The notes under the pieces: model-generated
Told to the model about the DNA's origin: nothing
Database searches by the model: none
What the model saw: only the letters and a program-made list of their open reading frames with translations
Shown here: positions 9,730 through 20,334 of the stretch, in pieces
Layout: each line of letters begins with the position of its first letter
Position numbering within the stretch: the first letter of the stretch is position 1
Position numbers and translations under genes: made by a program
Assembly (NCBI GenBank): GCA_050010755.1
Contig: JBEKKK010000001.1
Span: 1,373,237-1,437,236, forward strand
From: Candidatus Bathyarchaeia archaeon
GTDB lineage: Archaea > Thermoproteota > Bathyarchaeia > Bathyarchaeales > Bathycorpusculaceae
DNA: 64,000 nucleotides
Reading direction: 5' to 3'

Positions 9730-10671
9730 TTATGGTCTGTATCCGTCGAGGACGCACAGTGCCAAGGCCGCTGCGATTATATCTGCTGTCGTCCCTGGGT
9801 TCAGGAGGTTGCTATATTTTCTGAGTTCTTGGTCAAAATCGTTCATGCTTTTTTTGCCCAGAGGGGTTTCGGTTCCGCCGAGGTTCAAGATCAGTTTGGC
9901 TTTTGTTGAGATTTCTCTTGATTTTTCGATGCCTGCCTTTCTGGTTATGAAGGTGTCGGGAACCTTTGCCAGGACTTCCAGGAAGGTTTGGACTGTGGCG
10001 GTATTGGAGTCGTTCTTGTTTTGCAGTTTTTTGGTGAGGCTTGGGTAGGCAAGATCGAAGGTTATTGGGTAGTTGTTTATCCATTCTGAGCAGATGCTGT
10101 CATATTTTTCTGCTATCTCGAAAACTTTGTACAATGATATTTGGTCGTGAAGTATTCTGTTTACCGAGTTTGGGTCGTTGATGTCTAAGTTTGGAGCCTT
10201 TCCGAGTCCACCAGGGTTCGCCAGATTTATCGCTGCATACATGTTGACAGCGTCTCTCGGTGTGGTTGATTCTACGATGAGTTTCAGGTCTTTTCTCAAT
10301 ATTTCAAGGTTATCGGTTGTCGACGCCATTCCAGAAGCCACCGCAATGGGGAAGAGCAGGATGATAGTGCCTAGAAGGGTGTTGCCACCGTGTTGCCAAG
10401 CGTTGATGTCAGTTATGCACTTTCGTATTAAACGTCCCACTCCCACATCAGCCAATTCTATCTCGCCTTGCGAGACCGAGATTCCTCGTTGAGCGGCAGT
10501 TTCGAAGGAGGGCGCGACAGCCACTGCCGAAGCGAGAAAGTGAGTATAAAAGGTCTTCTCGAAATTAGCCGCTATGCTCACGTTACCAGGTTTAGGAGCG
10601 CTGACTTCTAGCAGGATGGCCAGCTCCAGACATCGCGCGATGTCCTTGGCTCGGTTGGTTACTCTCGGCAT
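9730..10671 (-). CDS. citG: CitG-like triphosphoribosyl-dephospho-CoA synthase family protein
   Basis: LEVSAPKPGNV, NTLLG, DTFITRKAG, NPGTTADI. Confidence 0.85.
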   Translation of the reverse strand: MPRVTNRAKDIARCLELAILLEVSAPKPGNVSIAANFEKTFYTHFLASAVAVAPSFETAAQRGISVSQGEIELADVGVGRLIRKCITDINAWQHGGNTLLGTIILLFPIAVASGMASTTDNLEILRKDLKLIVESTTPRDAVNMYAAINLANPGGLGKAPNLDINDPNSVNRILHDQISLYKVFEIAEKYDSICSEWINNYPITFDLAYPSLTKKLQNKNDSNTATVQTFLEVLAKVPDTFITRKAGIEKSREISTKAKLILNLGGTETPLGKKSMNDFDQELRKYSNLLNPGTTADIIAAALALCVLDGYRP

Positions 10672-10847
10672 CCTTGTTTCCCCAATAAATTGGACGTTAA
10701 GACGAGAAGTTTTATTAACATTGTGTAAAAGCGTACAATCCAGTGAAGTATTTTACATCGACGCACGATCGTAATGCCCTTCCTAACTCGAAGCTGCGGA
10801 AGTTTAAAGAGAAGTAAATATCGTTGTCGATTCTTGGGAGTGAGGTC

Positions 10848-11255
10848 ATGCCCAACTATCCAAAATGTGGTTCAGAAGTGAGAAGATGGTTTTTTGCCCG
10901 AAGTGTGGTGCTTCTTTGAGGGCAAAATCTGGACTGATTGGAGAGACGAACTGAAGGGGAGGCGAAGAAAATGGAGGGAAGAGAGATGGAGGCTCAGGAA
11001 TCATAGGCGCAGGCTACAAGAAGTGAGAAAGAAGAGAAATGGGAAAAAACTGAAAAGCATAAGTACATCTTCCTGGGGCCGCTCATCGGCGGATTAGTGT
11101 TGATAGTATTCGGTGCTTTTCTCTACTTGATAACAGCGGGAGGTTACAGGTCGCAGATATTGTAAGCGTTGTTCTTTTTCTTTGTTGGCGTGATAATCAT
11201 CGCTACCGCTGCCTACGGCGCTATCATGGCGAGAAGAAGGCACCCCAAACCTTAG
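10848..11255 (+). pseudogene. disrupted zinc-ribbon membrane protein
   Basis: pieces MPNYPKCG, FCPKCGASL, an EK-rich linker and two TM helices ending RRRHPKP* lie in different frames, with an internal TAA near 11163. Confidence 0.65.
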
Positions 11256-11372
11256 GAGAAATCTATTCGAGATGGAAGTGCCGGGATCTGATTTTCTCTT
11301 CCGCAGTTTCAGTTCTGAGCGTAGTTTGCCAATGAACGTTTCCTCAGGGTCTCCAAATTATGGAGCGAGTTT

Positions 11373-12011
11373 CTACCTGAGGCTTAGCTTTTCTCCGGTG
11401 GCTATGTAGACTATTGATTCGCCGATGTAGATCGCGTGATCTGCTATTCTTTCAAGGTATCTTACGACGAGAAGGTTGCAGACCAGGCATTTTGTTTTTG
11501 GGGGGGCTTTCGAGAGTAGGTCCAAGTAAGCTGCGTATATTTCGTCCACTTCGTTCTCGGTTTTGGCCAAGGTCCTTGCCATGTCTGCATCGTTGTCACT
11601 GAGCGCTTTGATACTTGTGCCGACCATTTGCAGGGTTTTCTCTGTAATCTTGTTCATGAGCTCGCTTGATTGCACGCACTCTTTGCAGCTGGCAAGTTTT
11701 CTATGGGTGAAAGAAATGTCCCAGGCATATCGGCCGTATCTTTCCATGTCGTAAGCAATTTTCATGTAAGAATTGATTATTCTCAAATCAGAAGCAACCG
11801 GTTGGTACTTGACTATCAGCTCAAAAGCTTTGTCTTCGGCCGTCACAGTCATCGCGACCAGAAGCTCTGAAAGCTCATGAACTTCATCGCCCACATCTTC
11901 GCCTTCAAGGAAACCTTGCACTGCGACGTTGATGGCTCTGTTTGCAACCTCTCCCATTTTGAACAAACCAGCTGTGAGCTGCTCCAAACCCGTGTCCAAT
12001 AACCTGCTCAT
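11373..12011 (-). CDS. phoU: phosphate uptake regulator PhoU
   Basis: QPVASDLR, ERYG, YLERIADHA. Confidence 0.92.
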   Translation of the reverse strand: MSRLLDTGLEQLTAGLFKMGEVANRAINVAVQGFLEGEDVGDEVHELSELLVAMTVTAEDKAFELIVKYQPVASDLRIINSYMKIAYDMERYGRYAWDISFTHRKLASCKECVQSSELMNKITEKTLQMVGTSIKALSDNDADMARTLAKTENEVDEIYAAYLDLLSKAPPKTKCLVCNLLVVRYLERIADHAIYIGESIVYIATGEKLSLR

Positions 12012-12021
12012 GTTTTCACTC

Positions 12022-12834
12022 TTAACCGAACCTTCCTGTTATATACTTCTCGGTAAGTTCACTTTTCGGATTCTCGAAAATGCTCCAGGTGGAGCCGTAT
12101 TCTATGAGTTCTCCCACGTAGAGGAAAGCTGTGAAATCTGAAACCCTGGCCGCCTGTTGCATGTTGTGCGTGACGACCACCACCGTGTAGTCTTCCTTGA
12201 GTGTAACTATCAGCTCCTCAATCTTGGCTGTAGCGGCAGGATCAAGGGCTGAGCACGGCTCATCCATGAGTATGACTTCAGGCTGCAGCGCAATGGCACG
12301 CGCGATGCACAGTCGTTGCTGCTGTCCTCCTGAAATGCTCGTACCAGGCTTCTTCATGTCATCCTTCACTTCATCCCACAGGGTCGCCTGTTCGAGACTA
12401 TGCCTTACCACCTCGTCAAGGTTTTTGCCTTTCTTCAGTCCTGTAAGTCTCAAGCCTGCGGCAACGTTATCGTGTATGGACATTGTCGGAAACGGGTTCG
12501 GTTTCTGGAAAACCATCCCCACTCTCCTGCGGATTAAGACAGGGTCAACTTCCTTCGAGTAAATGTTCTGTCCGTCTAAAAGCACTTTTCCCGACGATCT
12601 GGAGCCGGGAACCAGCTCATGCATCCTGTTGAGACATCGAACAAACGTTGATTTTCCGCAGCCGGATGGCCCTATTATGGCAGTGACTGCGTTAGCTTTG
12701 ATGGAGAGATTAATGTCTTTCAAGGCTTGCTTGGCACCGAACCATGCGTTTAGGTTGATGGTTTGTATCTTTATTCCGGTTGGCACTGAATTTTGCATGT
12801 TCGAAGTCTTCACATCATCCATGTTTTCGTTCAT
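12022..12834 (-). CDS. pstB: phosphate ABC transporter ATPase
   Basis: [35 protein letters not shown]; start approximate. Confidence 0.97.
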   Translation of the reverse strand: MNENMDDVKTSNMQNSVPTGIKIQTINLNAWFGAKQALKDINLSIKANAVTAIIGPSGCGKSTFVRCLNRMHELVPGSRSSGKVLLDGQNIYSKEVDPVLIRRRVGMVFQKPNPFPTMSIHDNVAAGLRLTGLKKGKNLDEVVRHSLEQATLWDEVKDDMKKPGTSISGGQQQRLCIARAIALQPEVILMDEPCSALDPAATAKIEELIVTLKEDYTVVVVTHNMQQAARVSDFTAFLYVGELIEYGSTWSIFENPKSELTEKYITGRFG

Positions 12835-12844
12835 TCCGGCATTC

Positions 12845-13699
12845 TCACTTTCGAAGCCAGCCACTGCTAGCTGCTCTGACGCCAATGTTAAGGCTTAGGA
12901 CTATTAAAATCAAGAACAAAGCCGCTCCCCAAGCTTGCGCCTGAAAGTTCGAATAAGGCAGGAAAGCATCCCTATAGATTCTCAGCGGAAGAGCATCCAT
13001 AGGCTGACCAAAGCCTTGGGAGAAATACTGCCCTCCGAGAATCGTCATAAGTAGGGGCGCAGTTTCACCAGCGATCCTTGCCGTGGCGAGAAGAGCACCA
13101 GTCACCAAACCTTTTCTGGCATCAGGCAACACAACGCTGACTGTGGTTCTCCAATTGCGCACACCGAGGGCAAGCGACGCTTCACGAACGGAGTTTGGAA
13201 CCAACTTCAACGATTCCTCCGTGGTTCTGGCAACTATGGGAATCGCGATGAAAGAAAGGGCAACAGCGCCTGCTAGAGGCGAATAGTGACCCAGAGTGAG
13301 AACCACAACGGCGAAGACTGTGATACCAACGACTATGGAGGGAACTCCTGTCAGCGCGTTGTTGAAAATTCTCATCCAAGCAGCATACGCGCTTGTATAC
13401 TTGTTGTTGCCGTGTTCGGCCAAGAATATTCCCGACATCACGCCGAAAGGCATGCTGATTAGGCAAGTAAGTCCTATCAGGATTAAGGTTCCCTGAATTG
13501 CGGGGCCTATGCCGCCTGCGTCCGAGGATCCAATGACTCCCCCAGTTTGTGTCAGGAACTTGATGCTGAGTTCCGGTGCTCCCTTCAAGATAACCTCGAT
13601 TAGGATGCTCAGCAAGGGGACGGCGGCGATGATGACGCATCCTAGGCTGAGCGCTAAGAAGAGTTTATTCTTGAACTTCCTGTAGGTGTAGCTCGTCAT
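12845..13699 (-). CDS. pstA: phosphate ABC transporter permease PstA
   Basis: [26 protein letters not shown]. Confidence 0.95.
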   Translation of the reverse strand: MTSYTYRKFKNKLFLALSLGCVIIAAVPLLSILIEVILKGAPELSIKFLTQTGGVIGSSDAGGIGPAIQGTLILIGLTCLISMPFGVMSGIFLAEHGNNKYTSAYAAWMRIFNNALTGVPSIVVGITVFAVVVLTLGHYSPLAGAVALSFIAIPIVARTTEESLKLVPNSVREASLALGVRNWRTTVSVVLPDARKGLVTGALLATARIAGETAPLLMTILGGQYFSQGFGQPMDALPLRIYRDAFLPYSNFQAQAWGAALFLILIVLSLNIGVRAASSGWLRK

Positions 13700-14653
13700 C
13701 TATTCCACGGCACCTCCTTTGACTTTGAGGACGCGGGTCACCATGACTTGGGCAATCACGTTTATCGAAAGACTGAGCAAGAGCAAGAACAACCCGATGC
13801 CTATGTATGCTGATAACTCCAGGGTTCCAGGCGTTGCTTCCAGGAAGTTGTTGGCTATGAGTGATGCCATCGTTTGGCTGGGTTTGAAAAGCGAAGTGGG
13901 GATTGCTGAAGGGCCAATGGTATTTCCAATTACCATGGTGACTGCCATTGTTTCCCCCACTGCTCTGCCGAGGCCCAGGATTACCGCCCCAAAGATTCCT
14001 GAACGGCCATAGCTTAGCACCCAATTTCTGATTACTTCCCACTTAGTTGCTCCGATGCTGTATGCTCCTTCTCGGATCGAGTTGGGAACTGCTTGAATGA
14101 CTTCTCTGGAGATTGATGACACTGTTGGTATTATCATAATCGCTAGGATTACTCCGCCGTTGAGCACGTCTAGACCCTGAGGAGTTCCGCCGAATATCGG
14201 GATCCAACCTAAGTAACGAGACAGAGGGATCTCGACGTAGTCTAGAAGCCAGAACCTAAGAACAAAGTACCCCCATAGTCCGTATATTACGCTTGGGACC
14301 GCAGCGAGCATATCCACGAGGTACGAAACTGATACTCTCAACGTTCTGGGAGCCATCTCTACGAGAAAAATCGCTATTCCAATACTAAGTGGCACGCCAA
14401 TGAGGAGTGCAATGGCTGAAGTGACGAGCGTTCCAAGAAGGTAAGGAAGGGCTCCGTATATCTCCGGGTTGACCATTGTTTGAACAGGGTTCCATTTCGT
14501 GCCCGTGAAGAAGTATATGCCGAATTTCTGCAACACCGGCAAAGAGCCAACAAAGAGTTCGTATGCAGTAATCATGAGGATGGCGGCAGCTGAAACTGCG
14601 AGTAGAGCCGTCAATGTCTTGAACAGATTGTCCCCAGACAATCTTGGACTCAT
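13700..14653 (-). CDS. pstC: phosphate ABC transporter permease PstC
   Basis: LAAVPSVIYGLWG, GLGRAVGETMAV. Confidence 0.95.
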   Translation of the reverse strand: MSPRLSGDNLFKTLTALLAVSAAAILMITAYELFVGSLPVLQKFGIYFFTGTKWNPVQTMVNPEIYGALPYLLGTLVTSAIALLIGVPLSIGIAIFLVEMAPRTLRVSVSYLVDMLAAVPSVIYGLWGYFVLRFWLLDYVEIPLSRYLGWIPIFGGTPQGLDVLNGGVILAIMIIPTVSSISREVIQAVPNSIREGAYSIGATKWEVIRNWVLSYGRSGIFGAVILGLGRAVGETMAVTMVIGNTIGPSAIPTSLFKPSQTMASLIANNFLEATPGTLELSAYIGIGLFLLLLSLSINVIAQVMVTRVLKVKGGAVE

Positions 14654-14731
14654 GTCAACCGGTCCTCACCCTTACTGAAATCAGGATCAAAAAAAGGATT
14701 TTGGGGAGCGTGTCCAATTCTTGACACTCTG

Positions 14732-15856
14732 TTAGCTCGTGGGCAGATGTTGTCCGTTGAAGGTTATCGATTGGATGGTGGCTTCGTCTATTTGTACTAC
14801 GTTTGTTGGAAGTGGAACATACTCTAGACCGGAAGAATATTGTTGGCCGCCGTTTGGTTGCACAACCCACCAGAGGAACTGAACAAGAGCTGTTGCCTTA
14901 GACTGCGACATTCCAGGGACCACGTTGAGTTCTTGGTACACTAGTAGGTACGTGAAGCTTACTATGGGATAGGCTTGCGGGTCATTGGCGTTTACAAGGC
15001 TTACGTTCGTCCAACTCTGATTCCCCGCCGGCAAACCGCTTGAAGCACCTACCTGTACGGCTAATTGAATGGTGCTGAGGGAAGGTAGAATCCAGTTGCC
15101 CGTCGGGTTCTGAACTGCTGCCACTGTCATAGCATTCTGTAGCGCGTAGGCCAATTCGACGTATCCGATGGTGTATTGAGTGTTGTTGACGTCCTCGGCC
15201 ACTCCCGTATTGCCACTTGCGCCAAGACCTACAGGCCAGGAAACCGTTTTGCCCTGTCCGATTGTCTCGTTCCATGCAGGACTGGACACGCTTAGGTAAC
15301 CAGTGAAGATGAAAGTAGTACCGGAACCGTCGGACCGGTGAATTGTAGTTATGCTTTTGGCGGGTAACGTTGTGTTCGTATTTAGGTTTTGTATCTCCGG
15401 GTCGTTCCACATTGTAACGGTGCCAGCGAAGATGTCGGCGATGACCTTGCCAGTCAGGTGAAGACCTGTTGAGATTCCTGGCAGATTGTACGCTATTGTG
15501 ACGGCGCCTATTGTTTCTGGGATGTGAAGTGCGCCTGGTGCTTTAGCCATGTCAGCTGGCCCTAGCGGTGCGTCTGAGGCAGCGAAGTCTACTAATTTGC
15601 TTTCGAGATCTGAGATACCTCCTCCGCTACCTATCGATTGATAGCTAACTTGGACACTGGAGTTTTGGTCGTGATAGTGTGAAATCATCACGGACAGCAA
15701 CGGATAAGGGAATGTTGCCCCCGCACCGGTCAGTGTTATCGTTGTTGGGGTTGGCGATGATGACGACTTGCCAGACGATGACAGATATGCATATCCGGCT
15801 ACGCCTGCCACGATGACTACGATTGCGGCTATTGCAATAACAATCTTGTAATTCAT
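14732..15856 (-). CDS. pstS: phosphate-binding protein PstS
   Basis: GAGATFPYP, GSGGG, DFAASD, RSDGSGTT, N-terminal anchor helix. Confidence 0.96.
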   Translation of the reverse strand: MNYKIVIAIAAIVVIVAGVAGYAYLSSSGKSSSSPTPTTITLTGAGATFPYPLLSVMISHYHDQNSSVQVSYQSIGSGGGISDLESKLVDFAASDAPLGPADMAKAPGALHIPETIGAVTIAYNLPGISTGLHLTGKVIADIFAGTVTMWNDPEIQNLNTNTTLPAKSITTIHRSDGSGTTFIFTGYLSVSSPAWNETIGQGKTVSWPVGLGASGNTGVAEDVNNTQYTIGYVELAYALQNAMTVAAVQNPTGNWILPSLSTIQLAVQVGASSGLPAGNQSWTNVSLVNANDPQAYPIVSFTYLLVYQELNVVPGMSQSKATALVQFLWWVVQPNGGQQYSSGLEYVPLPTNVVQIDEATIQSITFNGQHLPTS

Positions 15857-15977
15857 TTTGGCATCTCTTCTTTTTGCATTCAATTTTCGAGCCTAGAATG
15901 GTTAAGCGGAATTATATAGGTTGCTTATGTATTCTTTATATACTATATAGAAAAAGATTTAATAAATAGATGGCAGT

Positions 15978-17051
15978 GTGACTATAAAGATGACTAAATT
16001 GTCTCCCCTTTCCAAAAAACAAGAAGGAGAAATGAGAAGACTTCAAGTGACTGGCGGATCCACCTACATAGTCTCTTTGCCCAAGAAATGGGTCACAAAA
16101 AACCAGCTTAAGAAAGGTAGCTTACTGCTAATCTCCGAAGAAGAAAACGGCTCCCTCGCAGTCTCATCACAGAACGCTTTGACGACGGAGAAGAGCGCTG
16201 GCGACGCACTTATCAAGGTGTCTTCAAACGATAACCCAAATACCATAGTTAGAAAAACTGTTTCAGCCTACTTGGTAGGCTATAATATGATTCGCATGAA
16301 GACCCAAGAGCATCAACAAATGACCTCCAAACAGAGAAACACGATAAAGGACTTCGCACGTCGCTTACTCGTTGGAACAGAAATCGTCACAGACACTCCG
16401 ACGGAACTCATATTACAGGTTCTGCTAAGCTATCCCGAACTCTCAATCCAAAGTGCCTTGAGAAGAATGTGCATCATAACTTCTTCTATGCACAAAGACG
16501 CCTTGACCGCGCTGAAAGAACTTGACTCGCAGCTGGCAAAGGGCGTTGTGGCAACAGACGATGAAGTTGACCGATTCAATCTATACGTGGTACGACAGCT
16601 CAAAGTGGCGATACAGAATCCACGGATCATAAGAGAAATAGGCCTAAAAAACGCGAGGGACTGCCTTGGCTATCGCCAGGTAACAAAGTCTGTAGAAAGA
16701 GTAGCAGATCACGCAGCCAGCATCGCGGAGAACGTTCTGTTACTAAAGAAGCCCATAGACGAAGAGATTCTCAAAAACGTCGAGGAAATGAGCAACATTG
16801 CCGTTTCGTTGTTTGAAACTGCAATAGACTCCCTGTTCCGACTGGACTTCAATCTCGCAGAAAGCGTAATCCAAAAAACAAAAGATGTCAGCTTCCCGAT
16901 GAAAGAGGCATTGCTTTCCTCAAAGAAGGTTGGAACAGAAGAAGTGGCTAACCTGAGGCTGGTTATTGAAAGTCTGAGAAGAACAGCAGAGTATGCCAGC
17001 GACATCGCAGAAATTGTCCTCAACATGACCGTGGAAACAATTGTAGAGTGA
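15978..17051 (+). CDS. archaeal AbrB/SpoVT-PhoU phosphate regulator
   Basis: RRLQVTGGSTYIVSLPKKW N-terminal domain plus PhoU repeats (DDEVDR, ERVADHA). Confidence 0.92.
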   Translation: MTIKMTKLSPLSKKQEGEMRRLQVTGGSTYIVSLPKKWVTKNQLKKGSLLLISEEENGSLAVSSQNALTTEKSAGDALIKVSSNDNPNTIVRKTVSAYLVGYNMIRMKTQEHQQMTSKQRNTIKDFARRLLVGTEIVTDTPTELILQVLLSYPELSIQSALRRMCIITSSMHKDALTALKELDSQLAKGVVATDDEVDRFNLYVVRQLKVAIQNPRIIREIGLKNARDCLGYRQVTKSVERVADHAASIAENVLLLKKPIDEEILKNVEEMSNIAVSLFETAIDSLFRLDFNLAESVIQKTKDVSFPMKEALLSSKKVGTEEVANLRLVIESLRRTAEYASDIAEIVLNMTVETIVE

Positions 17052-17965
17052 GCGGCCGAGAGTTAAACAAACTAACCAACGCGCGACCTATGTTAACCCG
17101 CGCGCTCAAACGGACTCAAGTAGCAACATACAAACTTCGATCTTTAAACAAGTCGGCTCGCTTTTCGGGAACAAGCAATGGCTAAAGCGCACTAGCTAAT
17201 TCTTCAGAAGGACACTTCCGTTCTGAGAGTCGGGTATCACTCTTCAATTATCACAGATCCATGTATCTCAGGCGCATCGAGAATCAGCTTTAAAATCGAC
17301 CACCTGCAGTGCATCGAGAATAACAAGGACAAGATGCTCACATTTTCCCTTTTTATTCTTCCTTATTTTGCCCATTTTGCTCATCTAAGACATAAGGATT
17401 TTTTTCCAATCAAACGGTGAAGAGCACGGGGCTTTCCTGATCGGTTTGATATTCTTATCTATTTCCTTGTCTTTCACCATGATTGCTTATGATATTACAT
17501 ATCAGGGCGGCTAATTTGTGATTTGCAAATAGACTATTGAGGACATGTTTTCTTACATAGAATGGAGATTTGCGATTCCTACTATAACTCTTGAACTCAA
17601 GAGCATTGGATCCAACATTGTGAATTCCGCCGAATTATTTACTCATACGCATTGCCCTGCTGCTAAATGAAACATTTGGAAAGAAAGAGTTAGGCTCTCA
17701 AGATTTCGAAACATCTTTTCTCATTTTCTTCGTCTCTGATTACTCTCGTGGCCAATGTCTCCTCAAATGCAATGCTTCACAATTGGGAAGCGACGACTAA
17801 GTCTCATTAAAGCAAAAGCGAGGCATGACTAAAGCCTAAAGAATGCCAACACTTTGATAAATCGTGCAGAAGGCATCAAAGACCATAGTGGAAAAGCAGC
17901 CACATACGCGTATATAGTTTATTTTGGCAACGAATAAATCCATTGCCTCGATGTAAAAACCCATT

Positions 17966-18343
17966 ATGCTGAAGCAGATTTCGCTTGCCCAAGCAAAAAG
18001 AACCAAGAGAGACAGGTTTTTCATTATCTCGGCCATGCTGTCTCACGCGGGCAGGGGTGCCTGCAAGACCCACCTTATGAACAGGGTTGGATTAAGTTCT
18101 TCCCAGGTCGAGGCATATCTACAAGTACTTTTACAGTCAGAACTGCTGGAAGTTTCAAATTGCAGGAGGAAGTCTTTGTACAGAACGACCGAGAAAGGAA
18201 AAAACTTTCTTTGCGTATTCGATGCTCTTATCAGTTTGCTGGATGACGCGCACAACGTTCTGCCTAGTGCAGAATCCGAACGACTCTTGCTCTGTGTTGA
18301 TAATAAATTGAAAGTCTCAATTTCAGGCATGGCTTCAGTATAG
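17966..18343 (+). CDS. archaeal winged-helix regulator (DUF4364-like)
   Basis: KRDRFFII..KTHLMNRVGLS..YRTTEKGKNFL. Confidence 0.75.
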   Translation: MLKQISLAQAKRTKRDRFFIISAMLSHAGRGACKTHLMNRVGLSSSQVEAYLQVLLQSELLEVSNCRRKSLYRTTEKGKNFLCVFDALISLLDDAHNVLPSAESERLLLCVDNKLKVSISGMASV

Positions 18344-18394
18344 CAGCTAATATTAGGATCGTCAAAGTAATTAGCACATGAGGTGTTCTTCAAA

Positions 18395-19303
18395 ATGTCT
18401 ATCGGGGCCGTTGAAAATTTCAAAGTGCCTGCAGGGAAAGAGATAGACTTGAAAGCTTATGATCCACGTTGGGTCCCAAAATGGGCCAAATCCATGGAAG
18501 ACAAAGAAGGGAAAAAAGCAGTGAAGAGGCAAGCGTTAGATATCCTTGAGAAGAACAAGCAAAAGCTTGCAAACATGCAGGAATTGCTTTGGGCAAGCGA
18601 CACCTATTCAATGCTTATTATCCTCCAGGGAATGGACGCAGCGGGCAAGGACGGAGTGATCAGTCACGTGATGGCGGGCGTCAATCCCCAAGGATGCCAA
18701 GTCTTTGGGTTCAAAGCACCGTCTGAGGAAGAATTGAATCACGATTTCCTGTGGCGACACGTGAAAGTGCTTCCTGAGAGAGGGCGAATAGGTATTTTCA
18801 ATCGCTCATACTATGAGGATGTTCTCATAGTCAAAGTCCGCCCAGAAGTTTTGAAAACACAGAAGTTGCCGCCAGGGCCCAGAGACGAATCTTTCTGGCG
18901 TCAGCGATATGACGACATAAACGCGTTCGAACACCATCTACTACGGAACGGGACGATAGTTCTGAAATTCTTTCTGAACGTCTCAAGGGAGCAACAGAGA
19001 CAACGTTTACTCAAACGACTCGAAGATCCAAACAAGTATTGGAAATTCTCTTTCACTGATCTTTCAGAAAGAGAAAAATGGGATAAATACATGGAAACGT
19101 ATCAGGAGGTTCTCAGAGAGACAAGCACCAAATGGGCTCCGTGGTACGTCATTCCCGCAGACAAAAAATGGGTCACGTGGGCATCAGCCTCCGAGATCCT
19201 GACATCACAAATTGAGAATCTAGGCCTGAGGTATCCAGTTCTGAACGACGAGCAAACTATTGCTTTCAAAAAGGCAAAAGCAAAACTTGAAAAAGACCGC
19301 TAA
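18395..19303 (+). CDS. ppk2: polyphosphate kinase 2, probably class III
   Basis: QGMDAAGKDG, FKAPSEEEL.HDFLWR, FNRSYYEDVL, APWYVIPADKKW. Confidence 0.95.
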   Translation: MSIGAVENFKVPAGKEIDLKAYDPRWVPKWAKSMEDKEGKKAVKRQALDILEKNKQKLANMQELLWASDTYSMLIILQGMDAAGKDGVISHVMAGVNPQGCQVFGFKAPSEEELNHDFLWRHVKVLPERGRIGIFNRSYYEDVLIVKVRPEVLKTQKLPPGPRDESFWRQRYDDINAFEHHLLRNGTIVLKFFLNVSREQQRQRLLKRLEDPNKYWKFSFTDLSEREKWDKYMETYQEVLRETSTKWAPWYVIPADKKWVTWASASEILTSQIENLGLRYPVLNDEQTIAFKKAKAKLEKDR

Positions 19304-19332
19304 GACGAATCGAAAACCTTGGAAGAAAGAAA

Positions 19333-20157
19333 ATGGCAAGACTTGAGCTACTCCAATTAGAGACGAAACAAAAGAATCGCTCCGGAAAAGAGCGGGAAGA
19401 AATCATCTCCAGACATCAACCGCCTTGGAAAAGGGACTTCGCCAACTCTAAGCGCGAATGGCGTCGGTTGTTCGCGGAGACTCTGGGAACATTCTTTCTA
19501 TTGCTCGTGGCCGTAGGAGGCAGCATTGTTAGCGTATTGAACAAGGCAGTCATCAGTCCAGCAGGAGTGGCTGTAGTACCGGGTTTGATGGTGATGGTAA
19601 TTATCTTGTTCATGGGGAAAGTCTCTGGAGCACACCTGAATCCAGCTGTCAGCATCTCTTTTGCCGCACGCGGTGATTTTCCTTGGCGGCGTGTTCCAGG
19701 CTATATCGTTGCGCAATTGGTAGGATCCATTCTGGCATGTCTGTTTCTGAGGTCCATATTGGGAAACGTACCCGGATTCGGCGCCACCGAACCTGGAACC
19801 GGCATCAGCGATCTGCAAGCGATGCTAATAGAGCTCGTGCTTACGCTGGGTTTGGTAAGCACGATTCTCGGCACGGCATCCCAAGCGCAGAACGTTGGAC
19901 CTCTCTCCGCCATCGGCGTAGGCGGGTACATCGCCCTCACAGGACTATGGGCGAATCCGATAAGCGGCGCTTCGATGAACCCCGCGCGATCGTTTGGCCC
20001 AGACCTCATACTCTTCAACTTCACCCATTACTGGGTTTACGCCGTCGGACCAATCGTCGGCGGACTGATCGCTGTAGCATTTGCTTACATCCTCCGAGGG
20101 CCAGGTGGCGACACAGCAGCAATCCAGGCTGCCCAAGGAACTCTTGATCGTATGTGA
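19333..20157 (+). CDS. aquaporin / MIP channel
   Basis: SGAHLNPA and GASMNPARSFGP. Confidence 0.95.
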   Translation: MARLELLQLETKQKNRSGKEREEIISRHQPPWKRDFANSKREWRRLFAETLGTFFLLLVAVGGSIVSVLNKAVISPAGVAVVPGLMVMVIILFMGKVSGAHLNPAVSISFAARGDFPWRRVPGYIVAQLVGSILACLFLRSILGNVPGFGATEPGTGISDLQAMLIELVLTLGLVSTILGTASQAQNVGPLSAIGVGGYIALTGLWANPISGASMNPARSFGPDLILFNFTHYWVYAVGPIVGGLIAVAFAYILRGPGGDTAAIQAAQGTLDRM

Positions 20158-20334
20158 TTTTGCAAAGCTGATAAGTCCGTCGAAAGCGTCGGCATTAAAT
20201 TAAACGCTCACTCTTTCAAGAGCGCTTCAACGGGCATTACGCAGCCGGAAACAAGCTGTAAGTTTAGTAAATGCTTTCCTTTATTCGAAGGCGTTTGTCG
20301 AATCCGATTTCTAGTTCCAACAGTCCTTTGAAAC

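Noticed and set aside
9730-10671. CitG without citrate lyase genes
   Set aside because: Orphan CitG-like genes are common in archaea, and nothing in the local context adds information.
17060-17960. 0.9 kb gene-free gap in the phosphate cluster
   Set aside because: I could not find a credible ORF, RNA fold or terminal repeats there.
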